Source: Salpingoeca rosetta | Lineage: Eukaryota > Protista > Choanoflagellata | Direction of reading: 5' to 3' | Length of the DNA: 64,000 bases | Assembly (NCBI GenBank): GCA_033442325.1 | Contig: JAWQFM010000012.1 | Location: 1,597,793-1,661,792, forward strand | Shown: piece after piece, positions 1 to 13,696 of the stretch | Numbering within the stretch: the stretch's first letter is position 1 | How the letters are laid out: each line of letters starts with the position of its first letter | Made by a program: the position numbers and the translations under genes | The notes under the pieces: model-generated | Database searches by the model: none | What the model was told of the DNA's origin: nothing | Seen by the model: only the letters and a program-made list of their open reading frames with translations

Positions 1-2314
1 GCCAATTCAAGGTGATGCGTTTGTGCGTCTGTGTGTGTTGTGTGTGGTGTGTGTGCATGTGTGTGGTGTGTGTGTACACAATACTGGCATCTGTGGTTCG
101 TGTTCCGTGGACGGTTGCAAAGTGTGTATCTGCACACATTGTACCTCCTGCCTCCATTTCAATCCATCGGTCCCTCCATCCAGCCCTCACGGTGATGTGG
201 TTCGTGCAGACGATGGCGCTGGAGACGCTGCTGTGGCGCGCAGAGGACATTCCCGATCTCTTTAGGGAATTGCAGGGCAAAGGCTTGCTGTCCCTCATCA
301 AGCACCACCACACAGAGACACAGGCCGTTGTGCTCTCCATCCTGAAAGTGCTCCTGCACCACCTGAACGCTTCCAGCATCAAACAGTTCCTCCCCTCCGT
401 GGTGCGTGTCCGTGTTGTGTGTTTGCGTGTGTTTGTGTGTGTGTGTGTGTGTGTTTGTTTGTGTGTGTGTGTTGTGTGTGTGTGTGTGTGTTTGTTTGTG
501 TGTGTGTGTGTGTGTTGTGTGTGTGTGTGTTGTGTGTGTGTGTTGTGTGTGTGTGTTGTGTGTGTGTGTGTGTGTGTTGTGTGTGTGTGTGTTGTGTGTG
601 TGTGTTGTGTGTGTGTATGTGAAAGTGGGAAACCATGTCAAATGAACCACCGTTGCATCATCGTCTCTGCATGCATTCCTACCCCTCATACTGAGTCATT
701 TGCCCCACAACCTGCTTGCTTGCGAACATCGCCCCTCCTCTGCCCTTCTTTGCACGAATCAGACGGCCAACTGCTGCTCCCACGACGACTACACCGTCCG
801 CGCCATCGCATACGACATTCTCATGGCCGTTTACGACCAGAAGCTCAGGTTCGAGCACGTGTAGGACGGATGGTTGTTGCGCTGTGTGTTTGTGCATTTC
901 TGTTTGCCTGTTGGCTCCATGTGTGTGTGTGTGTGCGCGCGCTCTTAGAGCGACGACGTGCAATGAGCAGTCGCTCTGTGTCGTGCCTTTGTTGATGCTA
1001 ATGTTGTGTCCCATTTACTCATCCACACACGCGTACGTGTCTCTGATGTGCAGTCATGAGCGCGGGGACGTGGTGCTGGCAGACGATGAGACGGCGGCGC
1101 TGACCGAGATTGCACAGCTCGCCCGCACGCACCTGCTGCTTGGGCTGCAGGACTCGAGCCCCAAGCTGCGGCAGTCCATTGTCGCCTACTGGGACCAGGA
1201 GAAGCGCCTCGCACGCAACCCGGTATCGTCGCAGATGTGGTGGAGTGTTGGTTGGGTTGGGGGGGGGGAGGGGGCGCAAGGGAATACAGGCGGTGGTGCA
1301 TATAAGGAGGAGACATGTGATGTGGCTGACGAGGCAGTGACAACGCAATCTTATGATGTTCACGCACAACCTTTCCGACAACAAACATACACACACACAT
1401 ACATATACGCACACACACGTACGCAGGTTCAACGGTTTTATGATGGCCTGACGAGCTTGTATGTGCCGGAGGCTGAGGAAGCGTATCTGCAGTTTGTCAC
1501 GAACGTGATGCTACAGCTCACCAAGCACAGCCCAGACTACGACCGTGAGCTGTTTGCACGCCCACTCTCCAGCAGTACCTGGCGCAATTATCGCGTGGAC
1601 GCGTCGTGGCGGCAGCGGAACGCGCACATGACACCGCTTTTTGCGGCCACACAACAGTCGCAGGCCAGTGCGGGCGAGGGTGAGGGCGAAGATGAGGACT
1701 TTAGCGGCGTGCGCGCAACGCAGGCGTCGCTGGCCTTCACGCCAACCATGGCCTCTCTCACAGGCACCGCCGCCACCGCCGCCACCTTTGAACCGGGCGG
1801 CATCTCCGGGCAGACGCTCACGCACACGCAGTACACGGCCGCGCAGCAGGTGCTGCTGTTTGAGCGCCGGCGCAATCGCGGGGCGAACGTGAGCGTGGAT
1901 CCCTCGCTGGCAACACCACAACGTGCAGCGGAGCGACAGGCGCGCGAGGCGAGAGAGATTCAGCGGCTCAGGCGCCGGTTTGTCAAGTCGAAGGACAAGC
2001 GGGCGCAGGCAGCCATCTTCCACGCCAAGCGCATGGCTGCACGCAAGCAAGAGGCAAGGCGGTTGATTGAACTGAGGCGCAAGGCGCGTGCGGCCCAGGT
2101 CACGCTGTTTCGATCATACAGGACAGGCGAGGTGGGTCAACAACCCATGTCCATGTCTCAGGCGATGCTTGCTTGCTTGCTTGTTTGTTTGTTTGTTTGT
2201 TTGTTTGTTTGTTTGCTTGTTGTTGTTCAAGTTGTTTAAGTTGTTGTTGTTTAAGTTGTTGTTGTGTTGTTGTTTAAGTTGTTTAAGTTGTTTAAGTTGT
2301 TTAAGTTGTTTAAG

Positions 2315-2372
<58 letters not shown>

Positions 2373-3289
2373 AGTTGTTGTTGTTGTTTAAGTTGTTGTT
2401 GTTGTTTAAGTTGCTGTTTAAGTTGTTTAAGTTGCTGTTTAAGTTGCTGTTTAAGTTGCTGCTGCTGCTGCTGCTGCTGCTGTTGTTGTTGTTGTTTAAG
2501 TTGTTGTTGTTGTTGTTTAAGTTGTTGTTGGTGGTGGTGGTGGTGCCACTGTTGTCGTGACCATTGCTGCTACATTTTGTTATCACAATTCTTGTGGCTG
2601 TTGGGCGTTTGTGTTTCTGCCCCTCTCTGCTCTTTGTGCACTGCACATACCTCACACCCCCACGCAACCCCCGCAACCCCCGCAACGACACACAACGGCA
2701 CAACCACATGCAAACCACTTGTTGGCGACATTCTTCCACTGCTTCAGCTCCCCGACATCCAAATCAAGCAGCGTGAACTGCTGCAGCCGTTGCAAGGCCT
2801 GGCCCAGCGCGACCCGCAGCTGGCTCGCATGGTGTTTGAGTCGCTCTTCTACGGCGTGCTGCACGAACTCCCCGACATCTTGTCTGAGCGCGACGCCGCC
2901 AACATGAAGGCCGAGTACAACAAGGCCGTCAACGGCCTGCTGCAGGCGACGCGCAAGGGGTACACGCCCTTCATCGCTGCGCTGCACAACCTCATGCGGG
3001 CCTCGGATCCGGCCATCGTCAGCCCTATGACGGTGAGTTTGACGAGCGCGGCTGGGCGATCCTTCCACACGGGTGCGCTGCTGCTTGAGAGCACGCTGGC
3101 TGCGGCGGAGGAGGAAGCAGCAATGCAGCCGTCCAAGCGAAGCAAGATGCGCCGCGCCCGCAACGGTCTGACCGATGACGAGATTGAGCGGTGGATTTAT
3201 CTCGGCCGGCTCTTCAAGGAACTCGGGGACTACGACACCCTCCACGGCATCTTCTCAAACCAGGTGCTGTCGTTGTAGTGCTGTGGTGT

Positions 3290-3321
<32 letters not shown>

Positions 3322-3886
3322 AGTATGTGAGTATGTGTGTGTGTGTACGTGTGTCAGTGTGTCAGTGCGTGTACAAGTGTGTGTGTGTGTGTGCTCACAT
3401 GTGTGCGTGAGGGTGTAAATGCGTGTTTGTGCGGTGTGCACAAGAACTGTTCCATTACTCCAAACGCGCGTGCACACACACACGCACACACACACTCACT
3501 CACTCATTCGTACATGTGTGCCTGTGTGTCATGCAGACGTCGAGCGAGGCAACGCAGCGAGCGGCGCGGCTGGAGGCGGCGGGTCGCTTTGACGAAGCAG
3601 CGGAGGTATACAAGGAGTGCATGTTCAAGGAGGAGGACGAGGAAGATGACGACGTGCCGGCATGTGAAGTCGACCTGTGGGAAGAAACGCTCGGTAAGAT
3701 GGCGAGCGAGGGGAGATGCGTGTTAGAGGTTGCTCAGGCGTCGTGGGATGCACGTGTGCGTGTGTGTGTGCGTGTGTGTGTTTGTTTGTTTGTTTGTGTG
3801 TGTGTGTGTTTGTTTGTTTGTTTGTTTGTTTGTTTGTTTGTTTGTTTGTTTGTTTGTGTGTGTTTGTTTGTTTGTTTGTTTGTTTT

Positions 3887-3976
<90 letters not shown>

Positions 3977-4358
3977 CGCACCCGGCTTTTTAATTGATTT
4001 TTTTTTTTGCGCTTGGTCCTGCGCTTGCTGTCACTTCATCGCCATCCTGCTCACATCATTTAACACCCCCCCCCCCCTAACGTGCCTGCTGCAACAGCGG
4101 AGTGCAGCCTGCGCCTGTGCGACTGGGGTGAGTTGGAGAACAACACGCTCACGTGCATCAACCCCGATGTGGAGTATGGCGAAGGCACGGATCTGGCCGA
4201 GGTCATTGACGCCAACAACATCTGGGTGCAGCCGCGCCTCCTCCAGCGCCACCTCCCACACCTCATCACCGTACGTCTTGAACTCGGCATTTCCGCAGTC
4301 GTGTGTGCGTGTGTGCTGTGTGTTTTGTGTGTGTGTGCTTTTGTGTGCTTTTGTGTCC

Positions 4359-4436
<78 letters not shown>

Positions 4437-5032
4437 TGTTTGTGTGTGTCGCACGTTCACACGCGTGCCCTTTGTCATTGCTCACTCAGCCCGCGTGTTT
4501 TGTCTCCTTGGTTCACCATCACCTTGACCCCTGTGCCGCACACTCTCCGCGTTACCTTTTCCACGCAGGCCCGCCTTCGCCATGCGTGCGAGCAAGTGGT
4601 GGCTGTTGGCGCTGCTGCCCAGGCGTCGCCAACGAAGATTGCGCAGCTGCAGGCGTTTGTTGAAGCTGCCCGCCCGCACGACGACCGCTGGGCACACCTG
4701 CAGTACCACTTTGCCATGGAGCTTGCCATGCTGAGCGTGCTGCGTGAGGACTTTGATCTTGCGCGCTATCACCTTTCGCAGGCGCTGCAGCGGTTTCTGG
4801 ACGACTGGACGACGCTCAGCCCGCTCATGACGGAGACCCGCCGCGCGTCCCTCCAGGTTTGTGGCGTGTTTGTGAGTGGAATTGGGAGTGTCTATGTGTA
4901 TGTGAGTGGGTGTGTTTGTGCGTGTATGTATGCGTACGTGAGTGGGAGTGTCAGTGTGTGAGTGTGAGCACGAGTGTGTGAGTGTGAGCATGAGTTTGAG
5001 CACACCGTGCCTCTTACGCAAATCCCACTCTC

Positions 5033-5066
<34 letters not shown>

Positions 5067-6696
5067 TCACGCGACGCTTCCACAGCGGCTGCAATGCATG
5101 GTGGAGCTTCAAGAGTTCCTTGACTTTGTTGGGCAGGAGACGAACCTTGCCTCGGAGACGAGCGTGAACACGCTGCTGTCGTCGTGGTCCAAGCGAACGC
5201 CAACGCCATACAAGGACCCCATCCACGTGTGGGACGAGGTTACCATCTTTCGCCGCGTCTACTTTTCAAAGATCATCCACGTGAGACCACTCGCACCAAT
5301 GCTCTCGACGTTGCACACGCGTGCACTGCTGGAGGTGGAGGTGGTATGGTTGTTTGAGACTTTCTTGCCGTGTTTTCTGTTCACTCCATTCTCATTCTCG
5401 GTTTCTTGTTCTTCCATTCCACCGCACCCACGACACACCCACTCGCCATCAACGCCCCCACTCATCTCCCGTCTTTCCACCACGTCCATCCAGGGCTGCT
5501 ATCGTCCACGCTACGGCGCAAAAGCAGCGGAGATGTTGCAACAAGTTGATCTCACAGATTCTCGCGCCCCTTTGCCCGCACGCATTCGCCGCCGCCTTGT
5601 TGGTGCGTGTGTGTAAGGATGTGTGTGTGTGTGTGTGTGTACTGCAAATATGTGCGCGTGTTTTTTTCTTTTGTGTGTGTGTTTCTCCTGTCACTGGCTC
5701 TGACAACCCATTGTGCGCGTGCATTCACCCTTGTCTGCCTTTGCTCTGTGTTTTTCGTGCTGCCTTGACCACAGTTGAGGATGCTGAGCAGTGCCTGCGC
5801 ATGGCACATCAGAGCAGCGAACAAGGACCGCTCAAGGTGGCGGAGAAGTACCACAAGATCGTCCACCACATCCTCAACACATACACGTTTGATGACGACA
5901 CGCGTCTGGATCTCAACCTGCAACAGGTCTTGTCGACCCCCCGTGTTTGCTGCCCGAACATGACCCCTGCTTTTATTTGTGTATGCCGTTGCAGCGTTTG
6001 ACCATCAGCACCTTGCTTCAGACTTGCTTGCGACTTGCTTGATGAAGCTCGTTCTGGTCCGCCCCACTCACGCAAACACCACAACACACAACACACAACA
6101 CACAATACCATACCCGCTGCCATCGCCACCACCGTCAACACCTCTTGCACGGCTTCATCGTTTCATCAGGCACATGGGTTGGTGGCGTACCACCTTCACG
6201 AGTTCAACCTCGGTGTTCGCGAGCAGAAACACTACTTCCGCGCGTTTGCCCGTGATCTCGACCGCCTCAACAAGTGCAGCGCTGATCTTCCGCCGTCAAA
6301 GTCGGGCGCACACTCGCTCTACAAGGCAGAGGTCTTGCTCAGCCTCGGCAAGGTGTGTGTGTGTGTGTGTTTGCTTGTGTGTTTGTTGGCATTGTTCGTG
6401 TGTTTGTTCGCATTGTTTGTATGTTTGTTCGTTTTGCGGTGTGCTCCTGTGTCTCTGGCATCTCACAGTGTCCCCTGCTTGCGCATCACGTCACCGGCCG
6501 CAGATTGTGCCGCTGTGCCCTGCAACGGACGAGAACAAAGTGCTGTGGGACCACATCATTGCAGAAGTGGATGCGCCCGATGCAACACGGGCCGGCGAGA
6601 AGTAAGCACCTTGCTCCGTGTGCGTGCATGTGTGTGCATGTGTGTGTGCGTGCGTGCATGTGTGTGTGTGCGTGCGTGCGTGCGTGCGTGCGTGTG

Positions 6697-6791
<95 letters not shown>

Positions 6792-7851
6792 AATGGGCAT
6801 TGTTTGCGCCATGTTTTCGAGGTCCACCATGACTGTAACGTCCTCCTGTACCGCCTGCCATTCTTTCGTCACCTCCGTCGCAGGTGCATCGTGCGGGCGT
6901 TTGACGTGCTGCTTGAGACGGCCCAGCGTGCGCCCACAGACCCCAAGGCGCTCCCTGTCGGCTGGCGCAAGGTCCCGTCCAAGCGCCGCGCAGGGCAGTT
7001 TGCATATGTGTCTCCGTTTGGCGATCGGGTGGGCAACGTGCCCTCGCACGCGCCAAAGTTCAATAACAAGCCGCTGGATGTCCTCTTCCCATCGGCCACG
7101 GCCTATGGAAGCGAAACGCTAAACGCGTTTGTGCGGCTTGCGGAGTTTTGCGCCGATGTTCTGCAAGACAGGATTGCCATGCCCAAGGACAGCATGGGCC
7201 GGGTCAAGCAAGTCTTTGTTGAAACGGCGCTCGCCGCCATGCGGTGCGTCCTCACGTGCCGCGCACGCATGCACACGTGTTGCCTGTGCTGCCGTATGTG
7301 CGTATGTATGTGTGTGTATGTGTGTGTGTGTGCATGTGTGTGGTGGGGATCGTTTGTGCTGTGCGGTTAGCATCTGGGTTTAGTTCGCCTCACGTGGTTG
7401 TCGTTGCTCATTGCACTCAGGTCTGGAAACGTTCTGATGCGCCAGTACTTTCCGCAGTTGCTCAATCTTGGTGAGAGGCGTTTGGCATTGCATCAGTGCC
7501 CCGACTGTTGTCAGCACTCGTGCAGCCGACATGTTCATTGGTCCCGTTCTCGCACGTTGTCTGTATTGCGTTTGCTAGCGTGTTGCCCACCCTATCACCG
7601 CCAAGAACTTACCGCCACCACCACCACGCAACAACAACGCTCGCCACATGACTGCACCGATTACAGCCACGGACAGCGACCACCTGCAGCGCGTGCTGGC
7701 GAGCGCGACCACGTCCGTGCCCTGCTGGATGTTCCTCAACTGGATCCCACAGATGCTCGTGAGTTGGTTGTATGATGGCGTGCATGGCTGTTGTACCGCA
7801 ACGCCGGAGGACATGAGCTCAGGGGGCATGCTCGCCTGGTCTTGGCCATTC

Positions 7852-7900
<49 letters not shown>

Positions 7901-9120
7901 TCACACACATACACACACACACACAATTCACACACATACACACACACACACAATTCACACACATACACACATGCACATACACACATGCACACACGCACGC
8001 ACACATGCACATACACACATGCACTCACATGCACACACATGCACACGCGCGCGCACTGTCTTGTAGGCGATTCTGGATGCACCCGAGGCACCGGTCGTGC
8101 AGCAAGTGCTGAAGACGATTGCGTCCTCGTACCCACAGGCGCTGTGTTTCCCCGTGATGCTGAGCGAAGAGAAGCTCAAGTTTTCGGGCGCTGCTTCAAG
8201 CACGCAACGCACCTTCTTCACCAATCTGGTGCGCATGGTGACAACAGACCACCTGCGCCGCTTTGTGACGGAGCTCAAGTGCCTGACCAACCCCGTGATG
8301 GCATACATGGATTGGCTGGAGGAGCAGGATCAAGCCATCAAGAAGCGCGACCAAGACGCGCTGCTGACGGCGTTCAAGCACTTGAAGTCGGAACTCCTCG
8401 TCACATCGTAAGTTTGTTTGTTTGTTGTTTCTGCGACAGCGCCTGTAACCGCAAGTGTGTATGCGCTTGAATGTTCGTCGTCCCTCGTGCCTCACCCCTC
8501 CCCCTCCCTCGCCCTCCCCTCAATCCTGTGCCAACTGCAACAGGTCCACGACTGCCTCTGATCGTGAGGTCGGCTCTGCGTGGAAGGCGGCTGCAAAGAA
8601 GGCGTCGCGAAACTTCATGGACCAGTTTGGCACGGACGGCAGCAAGCTCCTGCGTATGGACGCAAAGGCCTACGCAAAGGTGACGCATGACGCCCTCAAT
8701 CATGTCGAGCCATGGTAGTGGTAGTGGTGGTGACAGCGGGTTGTATGCGTTGTTTGCTGTGCGCGTGTCTCGTGTTGGTATTCAAGTCACTGAGTCAGCA
8801 CGACATGTCATCACCAACCCGCATCACTGCTACTGCTGGCTGCTGCTGCTGCTGTTGTAATTGATATTGTTATTATTGTTGTTGCAACCGCCAATTCAGG
8901 TGAAGAAAGTGCTGAAGGCCAAGCTGCGGGAGTATGACACCAAGAAGCCCCCACGCACGCTGAAGGAGTACTCACCCTGGCTGTCAAAGTACAGGTCGCC
9001 AGGCGCTGTGTTTGACATTGAAATCCCGGGACAATACGGAGGCACAGAGATGTAAGTGCAGCCTAGTCCTGTGTGTGTGTGTGTGTATGTATGTGTGTGC
9101 GAGTGCGTGTGTGTGTGCGA

Positions 9121-9158
<38 letters not shown>

Positions 9159-9355
9159 TTGCTGTTTTTTGTTTTTGTTTTCTGAACTTGCAGATGGTTA
9201 GAAAATGCTGACGTGCAACGCATCTTTGGTTCCAACTACTGCGTTTGGTGTGTGCCAGGCCGATTCCCGAAGAGCACGCGAAGATTGAAGGCTTCGACGA
9301 GAAACTGCTCATCATGGCCTCCATCCGCCGCCCAATGCGCCTCACATTCCGGTCC

Positions 9356-9450
<95 letters not shown>

Positions 9451-10632
9451 TCGTTCGGCGCTCTCCGCGCATGCACCCATGCCGTGGTGCATGTGTTGAC
9501 GTTCCTGGAGGACACACACTGTTATTATGTCACAATGACCCCAACACCTCGCATAACTTGTGTATGTTGTATCTCATACATGTACAAAAACACCCCACAT
9601 GCCTACACCATCCCACGCCATCATCCTACAGTGGAAGCGACGAGCGGGAGTATCGGTTCCTGGTGAAGGCCGGCGAGGATCTGCGAACAGATGCGCGCAT
9701 GGAGCAGCTGTTTGCAGTGATGAACCAGGCCCTGGCGGCCGACCCAGCCTGCGGCGAGCGCGGCCTCAGCCTCAGGTGCGGCGCATTGTGTGTACATGCG
9801 TGCGGTTATTTGCTGGTCTTTTCGAGCTCCGACTAAAATACACACACACACACATGCACACATAAACACACACACACACACACACACGCACGCGCACACA
9901 GGACGTACAATGTTGTGCCCATGACCACTCGCATCGGCATGTTGGAGTGGGTGCCCAACTCGTGTGTGTTCAAGGAGATGATCAACCTGGGAATGACGGA
10001 CGCAGAGCGAGAGGATGCAAAGAAGCGGAAGGCGACACAACTCCCACAGGTGCCCACACTGTTTGTCTGGCGTGCTGTTCTTGTTGGCTGTGCGATGGCA
10101 TCCCTTGCTGCGTGAGGCATGAGTGCATGGTACACACGCTGAAGCTGTGCGACGACACAACACGCACATATGTACAAACAATCGCCTGCGTGACAGAACC
10201 ACTTTTCCCAGTTTGCGAACCGTTTCTCGAAGGACCCCAGTCCACTCAAGATGTACAGCAGCGTCATGACCAAAGCAAAGCGTTCAGGTCCGTGATCGTC
10301 ACGTGTCACCAAATTGCGCGCTTCGTGTGCTGTTGCTGTCCCGTCTGCCTTGCTGCCCGTGCATCATCGTCTCACCGCCAGTGGTCTCGTGTCTTCGTTC
10401 CAGACATTTCTCGCAGTTTCCTGGAGCGACAGGCGCTGGTCCGGCCCACACTGCTTCGCGACGCCCTCCTGCATCTGTCCACAACACCAGAGGCATACCT
10501 CACCACCCGCCAGCTGTTTGGGCGCACGCTCGCCACCATGAACATCTGCCAATACATTCTCGGCATTGGCGACCGCCATCTCAGCAACTCCATGATCGAC
10601 CTTCGCACGTGCGCTGCAATCGTGGTCATGAG

Positions 10633-10710
<78 letters not shown>

Positions 10711-11016
10711 TACGTGTGGATGTGAGTGTGTGAGTGTGAGTGTGAGTGTGAATGTGAGTGTGAATGTGAGTACGTGTGTGTGTGAGTACGTGTGGATGTG
10801 AGTGTGTGTGTGAGAGAGTGAACAAGCACAAGCTTGCTATTGTGTGCCTTGCCTTGTCTCGCGCACGATGTTGTGTGACTTGCTCACGTGTTCATCGCCG
10901 TTGGGTGGTGGCAGGGGAGGTGTTGTTGGCATTGACTTTGGCCACAACTTTGGATCAGCCACGCAGGAGCTGCCCATCCCTGAAATGATTCCCTTCCGCT
11001 TCCACAACAGAGCGCG

Positions 11017-11055
<39 letters not shown>

Positions 11056-11245
11056 CGCGTGTGAGTGTGTGTGTGTGTGTAAGTGCGCGTGCGTGTGTGT
11101 GCGTGTGCGCATGCGTGTGTGTGTGCAGCGAGAGAGTGTATGTGCNNNNNNNNNNNNNNNNNNNNNNNNNNNNNNNNNNNNNNNNNNNNNNNNNNNNNNN
11201 NNNNNNNNNNNNNNNNNNNNNNNNNNNNNNNNNNNNNNNNNNNNN

Positions 11246-11294
<49 letters not shown>

Positions 11295-11791
11295 ATGTAC
11301 CAAGCTTGTTCCTTTCTTTCGCTGTGCGAGCTGTATCTATGTCTTCAACTTATGATGTCGCTCTCACCCTTCCTATCCTCCCCCCCCCCACCATTATATT
11401 TGCCAACAACTGCGCAGGCAACTCGAGGCAGTGTTCCTGCCGCACAAGAAGGAAGGACTGGTACAGGAAGTCATGGTGCACGTCTGTGTGTGCTAATGAG
11501 TGCGTGTCTTGCATGTTCACCTCACTTTCGCCAGGATTTGCATTTGCGACAACGCTGCCGTGCTTCCTTGCTCACATATCGATCACCACCTCTGTGACTG
11601 CTCCTCTAGATTGCCGTCGCCAAACGCAAGCTCGCTGGTGACAACCCAGCGCACATCCTCATCTCGGAGCTAGAGTCGAACCGCCACGTCACGAGCGACC
11701 GCTCCTGGCACCGCAAGGCCAAGGACATCATCGCCGGCGACGCCCAATCAAACATCAGGTGCGTGTGTTCTTGTGTTCTTGTTTGTTTGTG

Positions 11792-11882
<91 letters not shown>

Positions 11883-12111
11883 GCGTGTGTGTGTGCGCGT
11901 TTCATGTCACGTATGACGCTCTCCCTGCATCCCCAATCCACTCCCACCCACTCACACCACAACCCCCCTCCCCAACGCAAACCGCAACGGCAGGGCGACG
12001 ATGCCTGAGCACGGCCTCTCTGTTGAGGACCAGGTGCGCTGCTTGCTGGATCAAGCAACAGACCCCTGCATCCTCGGCGTCACCTGGGCAGGGTGGGAGC
12101 CGTGGAAGTGA
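1..12111 (+). CDS. PRKDC: DNA-dependent protein kinase catalytic subunit, 3' portion (M-HEAT end, FAT, PI3K-like kinase, FATC); multi-exon, 5' end outside window
   Basis: Spliced exons give DNA-PKcs-specific motifs: [37 protein letters not shown]|[75 protein letters not shown], and [35 protein letters not shown]-stop (TGA 12109-12111). Confidence 0.96.
434..617. repeat. Intronic (GT)n microsatellite, representative of dozens of (GT)/(CA) tracts in nearly every intron
   Basis: Directly visible tgtgtg run inside a DNA-PKcs intron. Confidence 0.95.
2218..2530. repeat. Compound (GTT)n / GTTGTTTAA / (GCT)n intronic microsatellite
   Basis: Directly visible; lies in the DNA-PKcs intron between the YRTGE and LPDIQIK exons. 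Confidence 0.9.
11146..11245. other. Assembly gap (100 N)
   Basis: Run of N flanked by (GT)n. Confidence 1.
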
Positions 12112-12687
12112 CACGTACTGTTGTTGTTGATGATCATTGTTGCCATGGCCGCTCCTGTGGGTGTTTTCTTGATTGCTCTGCTTTATTTGTGCGTTTCCTG
12201 AGCGTTTTCGTTTGTTCCCACGTTGGCTTCCAGTCACAGTCATGTCACATCTTCCCTTCAGTACTTGCTTGCCACCTCTTATCACCCCATGTCTCCACAC
12301 ACTCTCTCCCTCGCACACACGATCGCTGCTTCGTGAACTGCTGCTGGTGCATACCCGAGAGCTAAACGTTCATTGTTGCCAATCAATCAGAACCGAGAAA
12401 GCAAATCAGTCACATTGCACACCGGAGTGTGCAGCAGAGGAATCAATCAAGCAAACACAACATCACAACAACACAACACAGAAGACATGTCCATGGCCAC
12501 ACGCACACAAGCACGCACACACACACATGTGAAGAGAGGGTCAGAGCAACAACAACAACAACAACCAACAAAAACAACAAACAACAAACAACAAACAACA
12601 AACAACGACAGGCACGAGACACCAACGACAACAACAAACGACAGCACGTGGGAGGGGGTTGTTTTGGTTTCTGTTTGGGTTGATTCG

Positions 12688-13077
12688 TTACACGACGGCA
12701 AGGTGGCCCATATCATCTGCAGCCTTATCGGCGCTCTCCTCCTGCGCATCATCACCATCGCCCTCATCGTCATCAGCAGCAGCATCAGCATCGGCACCAC
12801 CCTCTGCAGCCGCCTCCTGGTTTGCCTTGATCACGCCAATCATGTACTCAAAGGTGTTGACGGGCTTGCACGAGCCGCCCATGAGCTCTGGGATGGCGGT
12901 GGCGGAGATGCCAGCCTCCTTCATCTTCTTCACGGCGTCGCTCACACCGCCGTGGATGTTGATCTTCGCCTGCGTGATGGGGTGGATCCACGGCTTGATC
13001 ATCGCCCACACCGTCTGCACATGGGAAAGGGGGGGGGGCGGCTGGTGAGCACGTTGTGTGTGTGTGTCTGTGTGTGT

Positions 13078-13109
<32 letters not shown>

Positions 13110-13195
13110 CTGTGTGTGTGTGTCTGTGTGTGTGCGTGTGTGTCTGTGTGTGTGTGTGTGTGTGTGTCTGTGTGTGTCTGTGTGTGTCTGTGTGT

Positions 13196-13239
<44 letters not shown>

Positions 13240-13635
13240 AACAAAGCGACTGACCCTGAAGAGGAATGGGGTGTTGATGACGAAAATCTTCCAGATGCTC
13301 TCGGGGAAGTTGTCAGCGCCAACAGCAAAGATCTTCTGCAGCATGCCGCGCTTCTTGCCGCCAAGAATGCCCATGCCGGTGCCCTTGAGGTCAACAATGA
13401 GAATGTACTTGTAGCGCTGCTCACCACGGCGCTTGGAGATGTCCTCCTTGTACTTGAGGTACGCCGTCTGCTTCTGGCCTTGCAACCTCAGCATGTGCTC
13501 CCTGTGTGGCGCACGGGGTGTGCATGTGTGAGTTGTTACGTACATGTGGAAGGGGGAGGATGGCAGTGGCAAGGATTTGGGACAAATAAGGCTCACCACA
13601 AACAAACAAACACACACGCGCGCGCGCAAATAGTG

Positions 13636-13696
<61 letters not shown>

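Noticed and set aside
12-995. Hundreds of ORFs rich in CVCV, HTHT, LFVC or TNKQ
   Set aside because: Translations of intronic (GT)/(CA)/(GTTT) microsatellites that happen to lack stop codons; not proteins.
2218-2530. GTTGTTTAA periodic array as a CRISPR-like or telomeric repeat
   Set aside because: No unique spacers and no TTAGGG; it is a compound microsatellite inside an intron.
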